NCBI GenBank assembly: GCA_030141605.1
Contig: JAQGDQ010000049.1
Span: 124,001 to 188,000 of the forward strand
Direction: 5' to 3'
Source: Tubiluchus corallicola
Lineage: Eukaryota > Animalia > Priapulida
DNA: 64,000 bases
The notes beneath the pieces were generated by a model, which saw nothing but the letters and a program-made list of their open reading frames with translations, had not been told where the DNA came from and did no database searches. Position numbers and translations under genes: made by a program. Positions 1 to 10,698 of the stretch are shown here, piece after piece. Each line of letters opens with the position of its first letter. The first letter of the stretch is position 1.

Positions 1-2
1 GG

Positions 3-2906
3 AATGTATGTCATACTACGGTGTTAACAGCTTGCTTAATTGAAGAATTAAATGCCGACTTGAAGATGTCTAATTTAAATTCCTTAGCAGAAGGTGTTTT
101 TCGACCTCACTGCACAAATTCCGGTGTTTACAGTCCCGTTCAATTTCATCACAGCGGGAGTTATTCTTGGTGTACAACAGAAGCAGGTCAACCAATTCCT
201 GGAACGACACAGTCGATTGGGTCCTTACCTATTGCTTGCGACGTCTTCAGAAGTAAACCTGGCAATTGTTTCGATTCTGATAAGTTTAAGGAAGATAAAA
301 GGGCATGTCCAATACAGTCATGTGAAAAAGACAGTGATTGTTTGGGAGACCAGAAATGTTGTTACTTTAATGCATGTGGATATGTGTGTATTACTCCGTC
401 ACCACTATATATCAATAAAGCAGGAATATGCCATGAACCAAAATATTTTAATGGTACACAATGCCCAGCTAAGTCATGCACAAATGATATTCATTGTCCA
501 GCAGATCAAAAATGTTGTCACTTTGTTGCATGTGGTAGTGTTTGTTCTGCTCCGATATCAAATAAGGAGTTTAATTTATGTAACGACATCTGCAAATGTG
601 TTAAAAAACCCTGCTCATCAGATGCATACTGCACTGGTGACCAAAATTGTTCCTATTCTCAAAGATGTGGCACTGTCTGCAATGTGGTTGTACTAAATAA
701 AAGTGAGCATGATGGTTGCTATAATAATGCTAATAAACGGATAGAATGTCTTAATGATCAAGGTAATGTTTTGAAGTGTGAACATAACAAAAACTGTCCC
801 AATGAGAAAAAGTGCTGTACTTTTAATGCTTGCAATTCATTATGTACAAGTTTAGCATTATCGCTGAATAAACGGGGGATTTGTCCTCCTTTTCTTTATC
901 CAAGTGACAAGTTTTGTCCTAGTCAGGCATGCTATAATGACATTGATTGTCCTTCAGATAAAAAGTGTTGTTATTTGGAAACATGCGGACCTGTTTGCTA
1001 TAGCCCATTGACGTTTGAACTGAAGCCTGGCTTATGTATTGACAGAATTGGCTTAAGCAAGTGTCCGCTTCATAAATGTGTTAAAGACTCGGATTGTCAA
1101 GGATTAGCAAAATGTTGTCCATCTGCCCGATGTGGCAATGTTTGCACAATTCCGATACTGAATGGCTTACAGATCTGTATGTACAATATAGAAGAGTGTC
1201 CTTTAAAATGTGACTATGGATACACACTTGATGATGAGACACTTTGCCCCATTTGCAAGTGTAAACATTCTCCATGTGAAGGTGTCGTCTGTCCAGGTTC
1301 GCAGGTTTGCAATACAGTTATTATAAAGTGTGGAAGCGTGTCTTGTCCTGCCCTAGCAAGATGTGAGGACATTCAAAGAAGTAAAGTTGGCACTTGTCCT
1401 GAATTCGGTAATTTGACAAGAAGTGAGTGTCCAAAGTTGTTGTGCAACGCAGATGCAGATTGTCCTGCCGAAGAAAAGTGCTGTCCATTTACAGAATGTG
1501 GAAGAATTTGCTCCATACCTATATTAACTGCTTGCCAAGTTGAGCAAACAAACAGTGATGTATTACTCCTACAGCCGTATTCAGGAGCTTACATGCATCG
1601 TCCTCAGTGTTTAAGTAATGGAGAATACAGTCCATTGCAGTTTCATAATACGATCGGTTACGCTTGGTGTGTTCTGCAACATGGTCAACCCATTCCAGGG
1701 ACAAAACTGTCAGCAGACTCTATACAAGCATCAATGTGTGTGGAAGCTAGACGGAGTAGTCGAGTATGTTGGCATTCTGCAGCATATAAGTTTGGTAAGT
1801 GCTCAGGGCAATCGTGCCACCATGATAATGAATGCAATGAAACAGAATTGTGCTGTGAGACTGCCAGCTGCGGAAGGGTGTGCTCCATCCCTTTGACCAT
1901 TGGCCCAAATTTATGTGAATTTGAAGAAGCTGACTGTCTTACGAAATGTATCTATGGTTATTCAGTTCACAAGACAACTCTTTGTCCTTCTTGTAAATGC
2001 AAATCGTCTCCATGCAAAAATATCAAATGCCCACCATCGCAGCGGTGTAAAACTATTAACATACCATGTGGAACTACTATGTGCCCAAAACTTGCAAAAT
2101 GTTTTTCTGTGAAAACAAGACAAGTGGGAACTTGCTTTGGTGTGGAAACATTTGCTCTTAAACAATGTCCAGCACAACCCTGTGATAATGATACAGACTG
2201 CGTAACAAGTGAAAAATGTTGTTATTTTGCAAACTGTGGTTACGTTTGTTCACTTCCTTATTTAACGCCTTGTCAGGTTGAACAAGCAAACTTTGATACG
2301 TTATCTGAAATTCAAACACAAATTATGCCTGAGTATTTATACCGGCCACAATGTCTAAGCAATGGTGACTATCGGCCAGTGCAAATTTCACCCCGTGCTG
2401 GCTACTTGTTTTGTGTTACTAAGGAAGGGGAAAGAATTCCAGGTACAAAACAAGTATTAGGATCGCCCTTTATCGGCTGTCAGGTTGCCAGAAATATTGA
2501 GTGCAGTCCAGAAAGTAATTGTACATTAAAGTGTTTGCACGGATTTGACACTAATGCCGAAACATTTTGTCCTCTTTGCAAATGCAAAGCTTCTCCGTGT
2601 GAGAATGTTGTCTGTCCAAATGACCAAGAGTGTGTACTAGTCAGTACAGATTGTGGAATGCATAAAGATTGTCCGAAACTTGTCAAATGTAGGCCTACAT
2701 TTAAACCTGAAATACGGACTTTTCCTGTAGGCGATACAATTTTAGAAAATTTTCCCTTGGGTTTGTGTATTGGTGTTATTCTAACGGTTGTCGTTTTGTG
2801 TGCTGCGATTTCTTGCACTATTATTGTTATAAAGAAAAGACGTAGTAAGAGGCAGGAAGACGACGACTGCACGTGTGGTTCACCTTGCTGCCTATTATGT
2901 AATTAA
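3..2906 (+). CDS. Membrane-anchored multidomain Cys-rich protease-inhibitor-like protein (about 9 WAP/4-disulfide-core, 3 thyroglobulin type-1, 3 antistasin-like and 3 follistatin-N-like modules, C-terminal TM); 5'-partial
   Basis: The frame is open from position 3 (NVCHTTVLTAC...), so the true start lies upstream of the window. WAP motifs such as KPGNC..C..SCEKDSDCLGDQKCCYFNACGYVC; Tg-1 motifs RPxC..xGxYxPxQ..WC...GQPIPGT; antistasin-like CPLKCDYGYTLDDETLCPICKC; hydrophobic LGLCIGVILTVVVLCAAISCTIIVI followed by KKRRSKR; stop TAA at 2904-2906. Confidence 0.88.
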   Translation, partial: NVCHTTVLTACLIEELNADLKMSNLNSLAEGVFRPHCTNSGVYSPVQFHHSGSYSWCTTEAGQPIPGTTQSIGSLPIACDVFRSKPGNCFDSDKFKEDKRACPIQSCEKDSDCLGDQKCCYFNACGYVCITPSPLYINKAGICHEPKYFNGTQCPAKSCTNDIHCPADQKCCHFVACGSVCSAPISNKEFNLCNDICKCVKKPCSSDAYCTGDQNCSYSQRCGTVCNVVVLNKSEHDGCYNNANKRIECLNDQGNVLKCEHNKNCPNEKKCCTFNACNSLCTSLALSLNKRGICPPFLYPSDKFCPSQACYNDIDCPSDKKCCYLETCGPVCYSPLTFELKPGLCIDRIGLSKCPLHKCVKDSDCQGLAKCCPSARCGNVCTIPILNGLQICMYNIEECPLKCDYGYTLDDETLCPICKCKHSPCEGVVCPGSQVCNTVIIKCGSVSCPALARCEDIQRSKVGTCPEFGNLTRSECPKLLCNADADCPAEEKCCPFTECGRICSIPILTACQVEQTNSDVLLLQPYSGAYMHRPQCLSNGEYSPLQFHNTIGYAWCVLQHGQPIPGTKLSADSIQASMCVEARRSSRVCWHSAAYKFGKCSGQSCHHDNECNETELCCETASCGRVCSIPLTIGPNLCEFEEADCLTKCIYGYSVHKTTLCPSCKCKSSPCKNIKCPPSQRCKTINIPCGTTMCPKLAKCFSVKTRQVGTCFGVETFALKQCPAQPCDNDTDCVTSEKCCYFANCGYVCSLPYLTPCQVEQANFDTLSEIQTQIMPEYLYRPQCLSNGDYRPVQISPRAGYLFCVTKEGERIPGTKQVLGSPFIGCQVARNIECSPESNCTLKCLHGFDTNAETFCPLCKCKASPCENVVCPNDQECVLVSTDCGMHKDCPKLVKCRPTFKPEIRTFPVGDTILENFPLGLCIGVILTVVVLCAAISCTIIVIKKRRSKRQEDDDCTCGSPCCLLCN

Positions 2907-2981
2907 AGTTGAAGTCGTAAGGATAAATAGATAATATGATAATGACAGTCCTAAGGACAAATCTCAATTCGTATTGTCAGG

Positions 2982-3400
2982 CAGGGTCGGATTATGCTAT
3001 AGGCTAGTGTAGGCTGCAGCCCAGTGTACTTTGGTAACATTTGGTAAAAAATGTGTTTTTTTCACTGCTGCTGTGTGTTGAAATAATGTGCTAATTTGGT
3101 TTGCAATGAACAGTAAATGGTGATATTTCTTAAAAAATATTTTATTGACAAACAAAAGATAGTTATTAAAATACTATATTTCTTAAAGAAAATTTATTGA
3201 ATTTATTGAGAAAAAAATAACTATTCTAGTTTAGTTAAAGAATTTGCAATATGTTTTCTTCAAGCTGCGTAAATGTCACTAAAATATAGCACGAGTAAAA
3301 TATGTTCAAGACAAATGCAGGCAAGTTAAGTGGGCAGCCCGTTTGAGAGAGCCCATCATTTCATTAGCCTAGGGGCCCCTAAAGTCATAATCCGGCCCTG
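2982..3400. mobile_element. Non-autonomous hAT-type MITE
   Basis: TIRs cagggtcggattatg...cataatccggccctg; degenerate 8-bp TSD ttgtcagg/atgttagg; related inverted copy at 38733-39088. Confidence 0.75.
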
Positions 3401-4442
3401 ATGTTAGGTATTAAAAGATATCGTTTAAATTTATTTGTATCATGCTAAACTACGCTCGTGGTTTATGTTACTTCTGCAACAATGTTTTCACTGTCTCTTA
3501 TGCTATAATACTAGATTATGGTCTTTTGATTGTACTAATCTATGTAATACATGTTGGCTTAGTTCTAGAATATGCTTATTGATTGCTTTGAAAATAATTA
3601 ATGTACCACTCTTTTAACAAGGAAGGACATGCTGATATGTTAAAATCGTAGTTTTCGTTCTCTTTTAGTTGTCATGGATTGTGTAATTTTTAATTTTATT
3701 AGTTTTGTGTGTAACATCGTGCTGGGAAGGCTTACTGTTAAAGATAGTCTGTCTGTTTCACAAAAAGCAGTTTACTCTTGCCGGCTAGACTGCCAAAAAG
3801 ACAGGCCGAACACTCTTGAACAGCACGTTACATCCTACTTGTTCCTATACAAACAAGTGATTCCACGAGAAAAATATTAGCGACATCAGACACAACATAT
3901 CAGACAAGCTGCAAAGATCCTCAAATGCCCCAAAATGTAGTCTCGACAGCTACAGCAAGTGAACAAACTTTAAGCTGATCACTGCTAAATCAAACGCAAA
4001 AGTCCTTAACAATTCGCTCATCTATTATAGGTTTGCTACCCAGAAGTAGATGCAGACAATTTCGGAAACAGGCCTACTACCTTACAGCTACAGGTTAATG
4101 TAAAGTAAATCTATCTTTTACTTAAAAGCCAAATGATATCATGTTGAACAAGGTTTAAAATTAGTAGAATGCCAGAAAACACCAGTGTATATGTAACAGG
4201 ATACAAGTGACGGATTTTATAAAAGTTGAAATGAATAGTATAAACGATAAAATAAAAGCGCCAGACCAAGTGCGTAGGCAATGCTATCTCAGGAAGATTA
4301 ATCCACAATTGTCTGTCGACGCCTTGTATACTATACTACAATTTTTTGCTCGTTAGAACATTGTAGAATAGCAGCTTCGCGTATGAGACTCGCCCCATCG
4401 TTTGAAAATGGAAAACTGACAGATGAGTAGAATTCCATATAA

Positions 4443-6595
4443 TTAAGGCTCTGTATATGTGGCAGAGATATACAAGATGAAGTGATATATTATAAAATGT
4501 TTAGCTATGTTGGTTCTACAGAAAGGCACAATGTATTGATTAAATCTTGTATTATGTCTCTTAGATGTCAATTTGACAGGAATTGCAAAAAACTTAGGAA
4601 ATAGTCTATAATTGCATTTATACATGAATACTGCAATATTCAATTTGATTAAATCATCTAATTGCATAATTCTACATTCACGGTAAAGAAGTAAAGGTAC
4701 TTCACTACGTTTCATTAGGCCATACATTAACCTTAAAAATTTTCGTTGCAACGTTTTTAAGCATATTAGTTTAGATGGATATGTGGGGCCCCAAATAATG
4801 CTGCAGTAATTGAGATAAGGTAAAACCAGACTATTATACAAGATTAGTAAGTGTTCTTTCGAAAGACTGCGTTTAATGTGAGTAATGATGCCTATATTTT
4901 TAGCAATTTTAAGTCTGATGTAAGAGATATGTGATTGCCAGTCTAAGTGTTCATGTATGACAATACCTAAGAATTTAATCTGTTTTACTTGTTGAATATA
5001 ACTATTTTCAATTTGTAATGTCAAATTTGGCATTCTCTTGTTTCTTGATCTAAAAACTACAAATTTAGTTTTGGAAGCATTTAGTGATAATTTATTACTC
5101 CTAAACCAGTTTGATATTTGCTGCAATTCATTGTTTATTTCAGCTTCATTAACAGTATTGTAATATTTAAATATTAAACTGGTGTCATCAGCAAACTGCA
5201 GGATTTTTCCATTATTAATGCAATGTTTTATATCATTAATGTACACAAGAAACAAGAGTGGGCCAAGTATCGACCCTTGTGGAACACCACAAGATATTAA
5301 TTTTGAGTTAGATATATAGTTATTATACTTTACTGCTTGTAACCTGCCAGATAGGTAACTTACAAACCAATTATTCGCAACACCTCTTATTCCATAGTGG
5401 TATAATTTGTTAATTAAAATTTTATGATCAACAGTGTCAAAAGCTTTTGATAGATCACAGAAAATACTCACAGATAACTTATTATCTTCAATATCTCTGA
5501 TTATGTTGGTCAGCATATCAATTAAAGCCATTTCTGTAGTACTGCCTTGACGAAATCCATACTGTGTGTCAATTAATATGCTTTGTTTATGTAAATAATC
5601 TGTAAGTTGCAAAGACACACATTTCTCAATAATTTTCGAAAAACATGGCAGTAATGAAATGGGCCTATAATTATTTATACAGTGTGGATCATCAGCTTTA
5701 TGAATAGGAACTATTATGGACTGCTTTAGCTTATTAGGGACAATTCCAGAGGTAAGTGATAAATTAATAATATGGGTTAAAGGTATGGCAATATATTCAA
5801 TAATATCAAGCATTATTCTGGGAGAGAGCTGATCAATACCGGTACTTTTATTTGGGTGGAATGACTTGCAGATTCTAATGATTTCATCTTTAGTTACAGG
5901 TTGAAAGAAGAAGGAATGTGGGTAATTTCCTTTAAGATAAGAATTTGGGTCAGTATTTGTAGGTTCAATGTTGTTTGATAATAAAGGGCCAATGTTTACA
6001 AAGTAGTCATTAAAAGCATTAGCAATTATATTTTTGTCATTAGTTAACTGGTCATTTACTTTTATAGAAGCAGGCAAGGATTCACGAGATTTATGCATCA
6101 ATTCCTTCATTACATTCCAGGTTTTTTTTTATATTATTTTGATAAGTTAGTAATTTCTGTTGATAATAGTTTTGCTTGGAAATTTTTATCAAATTAGTAA
6201 GTTGATTTCTGTACTGTGTATATTGTTCCTTGTTGATTTTGTTTTTAAGCACAGATCGATAAAGTTTGTTTTTATGTTGAATGCTTTTTAACATAGCTTT
6301 AGTTACCCAAGGTTTTTTTATTTTAGGTAGTAATTGGTCAGCTGAAGTTTTAACATGAGTATGGTAAATATTGCTTAACATTTCATGAAATTTTTCATAT
6401 GCTGAATCCGGATCATTATTATTTAATAGAATTTCGTTCCAACATATGCTTGATAAATCTGAAATAATTTTTCCTTTGACGTGTTCATTATATAAAATTT
6501 TTTTGATAAACTGTGTATCAGTTAAGTCTAGATTGAAATCAGCAATCATAAAATTTGGTAAGTGGTCCGATATATCAGTCAATAAGTTACCAGCT
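4443..6595 (-). mobile_element. Truncated non-LTR retrotransposon ORF2 (CR1/L2-group LINE): end of APE endonuclease plus reverse transcriptase, one frameshift
   Basis: ORFs 6091-6582 (TDISDHLPNF) and 4443-6110 (NYRPISLL, DLSKAFDTVDH, GVPQGSILGPLLFLVYIND, QFADDT) join into one frame if one base is removed from the T9 run at 6122-6130. Confidence 0.92.
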
Positions 6596-7420
6596 TATTG
6601 TTAGAACATGAATTGTTAGATTGTCAGCTAACTGAACATTATAGAAACCAAGCCTTTAAAAAATGTTTGATTTAATGAACTCAACAAATTACTTTTCACT
6701 AATTTCGTACGAAATTTTAAATTTATTTAAACGATAAAACAAAGCTTTAAATTTATTTAAATGATAAAGTAGATAACATTGGTTTGTTACGTGCTCTACC
6801 TCTGTAGCTTACAAGCATTTTTGCAAGATTTTTAATTTTATTATGTATTTTCCCTGTGTTAATGTCAACAAATAAAATAACTAACTAAACTTTTAGATCA
6901 CGAAAAACACAAACTGCACAAAACTGAAACCTATCAAATCAGGGCAAAATAAGCATCTTATACAGAAAAATCACTGCTGCTCTTGGAAAATGACAAACAA
7001 ATATATGCGCCTCTATTTATAGTAATGTTTGAATTAATAAATTAACACAGGAAGAGGTGTAAAAGCCATCAACCGTCAAGTTGAACAGCGCGCTGAATTG
7101 CGAGTTTTGCAATTAAATAACAATCATGTATAAGTAGGTTTCGTAATTACTTGACGCCCATTGGGACGAAGCAACCCATAATGACTACTTTAATTACCTA
7201 CCTGCGTGAGCTAATCAATCTGAAAATGATTCAAAATCGCAATTAAGGAGGAGTTCTGAGCAACTCTTTTCGATTAGGTGCGTGTAAACCACTTCGCTCT
7301 TACGAGTGGCATTTATGGCCCATAATTTTAGAAACTTATAATACGTAGCCTACATCATATACTAGCACTATGCAAACATCAAATTTATACAAAATATTTA
7401 CTGGACCTTAAGGATCTTGG

Positions 7421-7490
7421 ACTAGAATGGAAGCACTAATGTGCCTGGATCCGTCACGTCCTACTTGCTCATTTCTTGTAAAGTTAATAA
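7421..7490. repeat. Dispersed repeat fragment, inverted copy at about 32820-32889
   Basis: actagaatggaagcactaatgtgcctggatccgtcacgtcctacttgctcattt closely matches the reverse complement of aaatgagcaagtagaacgtgccggatccaagcacatcagtgctgccattctagt. Confidence 0.65.
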
Positions 7491-8400
7491 AAAAATCATG
7501 GGAGCGCTAACCGCTTTTTTTTGTAAAAATTTAAAATACACATAGTTGGAACATATCCATTTATGCAGTAAAGTCAAAGTAAACCCTCAATATTACACCT
7601 TCAAATCCTGCTCTCGTTGCGAATATTCAATTTATTTTATTATGAACTTTCTAGTAAAACTTATTTCTTCTGGCTTTTTATGACTTCGTTGTTAGTGGTA
7701 TTAAATTTGAAGAATCGACGAAATGAGTACAGCAACGAGGTGATCTAAGATCGGTAAACAAACATTGGTAACCAAAGACGCTTTCTGTGCCTCGAACGTC
7801 ATTCTCGCTTATTCGCATCAAAGACGCGATACATGGCGATCTTTACGGCAATAGGCGCGTTCGAAATTCGCCAGAAAAAGGTAAACGATTTAATTCATAA
7901 GTCTCTTTTGTTTAACCGCCTACGATGAAAACTGTGGCCTGTCATAGCTGTCAAAGATAAATATGGCAATGACATCATTGACAACAATTACGTGGCGAAG
8001 CTCTAGGGATCCCGCACTTAGTTCCGGAATAAAAAACTACAAGAGAATTAATTTAATACTTATTAATACACATAAGGAAATATTCAATTGAAATTCCAAA
8101 AGGACGTGTCTGTATACCTCTTTCACAACAAGTAAAATAATATAGCCGCTTTTGTGGCATCTCTTAATTAATTTGCAGGATTCCACTCTTACAGGGCCTA
8201 TAGTCCCAAGCAAACAGATTCATCCTCGGGGATAAATCAGTCAGCGTAATTACGTTTATTGTTTAACTGTACCATATGCACTATTGCTCAAAGCATCTTT
8301 GCAATGTAGAGTATACCTTATCGATTCGTTGTCTTATTTATTTTTATTCAACTCTCGTCTTCTCTCCACCTCTCTTTCTGTCTGCCTTTCTTCCTCTTTC

Positions 8401-8402
<2 letters not shown>

Positions 8403-8455
<53 letters not shown>
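8403..8455. repeat. (CT)n microsatellite
   Basis: Direct reading. Confidence 0.95.
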
Positions 8456-8456
<1 letters not shown>

Positions 8457-8853
8457 AGTTCTTTTCTGCTTAACGGTATTTACATTTCAGCCTTGCACTT
8501 CTTATTGCTTTAACAAGTATAACTCAATCCTTCTTCACTATGTTCAGTAAATTAGCGTCTGCTAGAGGATTAACTTTCTAAGTTGATTACTAATTCACCC
8601 TCCTCTTCAACCCAAAGAGAGCAATCTCTGCACGCCATTAACATACACGTGCAGCTATAAGAGTTCCATCTGAGCACTTTAGGGCTTCGAGACCCCGCAG
8701 CTCTATGTCGCTTGGCCTGTGACATTGCATAGTTGCTTGGTGAAACAAACGCATGGCAAAATATTAATATAAATCTGCTCCAACCAGTGCTTTGATCCAC
8801 AACAAACAGTACCTGATATATATATATATACATTAAAAGAAAACGCCTAATTC

Positions 8854-8947
<94 letters not shown>
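8854..8947. repeat. (TA)n microsatellite
   Basis: Direct reading. Confidence 0.95.
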
Positions 8948-8948
<1 letters not shown>

Positions 8949-10621
8949 GTTAAACTTTTTTAGGCTAACTTATGTAGTTTTATGATATGTGTGTTTTAAA
9001 TTGCCTGGTACAACAAAATAAATATTAACATAAAAGGTTTAATTGGAGAAGTTTTGCTGTCATGATGAAGGTCGCCTCACCAAAAAAAGTTCAAATTGGG
9101 GTCGAGGCCATAGTTCCTCCCATGATGCTACGTGCTTTCAATATTTGTGGCTTTTTTATGATAAAACGTACTATAAAAATATATAGAATATGCAAAAATA
9201 GTGACGAATGGAACCGCGAACAGACAAAATATGAAAATTAGACACACGCATGCACGTACACGCATGACAGTGTAGAAGTAAACACAAGTTTAGTAGATAG
9301 CGTGCAGTGAAACACGTAAAATTTGATTACTGCAGCGATATTATCACTGTGTTGATGACGATGTTTGGCGATTATCATAGTGTACAAGCCCTTTCTAGAG
9401 GGCCTGGAGCCAGTAATACATTTAGGTATACCTTTGTGTTTCAATTAATAATCCAGCTTTTTAGCTGCTACTTCTCCTTATTTTTGTTTACTATTTATTG
9501 CATAGTTCTTGGGAAGAGATGACTACAACGGCTGACCACAAAATTCTTTTTGCTAATCGTCGTCATTATGACTGCATTTTCCTCTTGCCGGCTTTTTTAA
9601 AGAAGTTCAAAATGCTTAGCATTGCAAAACTAATTCCAACTCGTTTGCTTTTAGCCGTTATTTACGCTAAACAGTAGTTATCTTTTAAAAGTACTCCTTC
9701 TTTTAACATCATAATTAACTATAAATTATTGGCGCAAGTAGTTGGATAAACTCTACAAAATCTATGGTATCACTTATTATGAGCAGCAAGGGAATAGTAC
9801 AAAACAAAGTTAATAGATTACAGGCCTGCATCAAGACATATCAACAGTTTCAACAGAAAAACCCGCCGTAACGTTAAGTCTAGTCAGGTTGTCGAAGAAG
9901 AAAGTTGGGCATGTCTATATAGTTGCAAATTGGACATTCGTGTGTTCAATACTTGATTCTAAGCTGCTAAACATACTGATTCTAATCATCTGATTCTTTT
10001 GCAGACATACTCATAATATCAGCACAATCTGCTAATGTCTAGCTGCTCCAAACTGATATTTGTTTAAAAAGATCGAATGCGGCTACATCTATCTTTGACA
10101 TAATGTAATTATGTTTATGATACTACCCGTGCATGCATACTTGTATTTGTATGATATAATTATAACTTTTTGTGCTGAAATGATTTTTTTAAATTACTTA
10201 TTTATATTTTGTACACATTTATTCTTTTAATATACCAACTTTCACCAGCAATTAATTTTTCAAATTAAGATGAAAATAGATAGAGAAAAAATTGGACACA
10301 TAAGTCTACATTGCCTTCAAAGTGTCATTTTCCCACCGTATGCACTGTAACGTTTCTGTGCGTATATTTTGATATATTTGTTTTTATCTTAAACCCGTAG
10401 TTCTAAGCTATTAGTATTATATACTAACGTGTATGTTTGTATGTGAAAATAAATAAGTCTATCAATTATCAGTTTTCAATCTCCAAACTCATTAGACTAC
10501 AGATTCATTATCAATCCTGCAAGATGAGGCATTGAACCGTCAGAATTACCTTTACCCACATTCAGATGTGAATACGTTCTTTTCCAACGTGTTAAACAGC
10601 CCGAATCAGTACGGCAAATGA

Positions 10622-10698
10622 ACTTCCTGGAACACGCGAACCCCGGCGATCTCCAATCTACTCACTAACCAACCTCAATGTTGCTTAACTTCAGTCGC
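10622..10698 (-). mobile_element. 5S rRNA-derived fragment (SINE3-like or 5S pseudogene)
   Basis: Minus strand reads gaagttaagcaacattgaggttggttagtgagtagattggagatcgcc, a degenerate version of the 5S internal control region (gaagttaagca...ggttagtacttggatgggagaccgcc). Similar fragments at about 56798-56848 and 61940-61982. Confidence 0.5.

Noticed and set aside
94-2872. Alternative-frame and antisense ORFs overlapping the Cys-rich gene
   Set aside because: No recognisable motifs; they are shadows of the main ORF.
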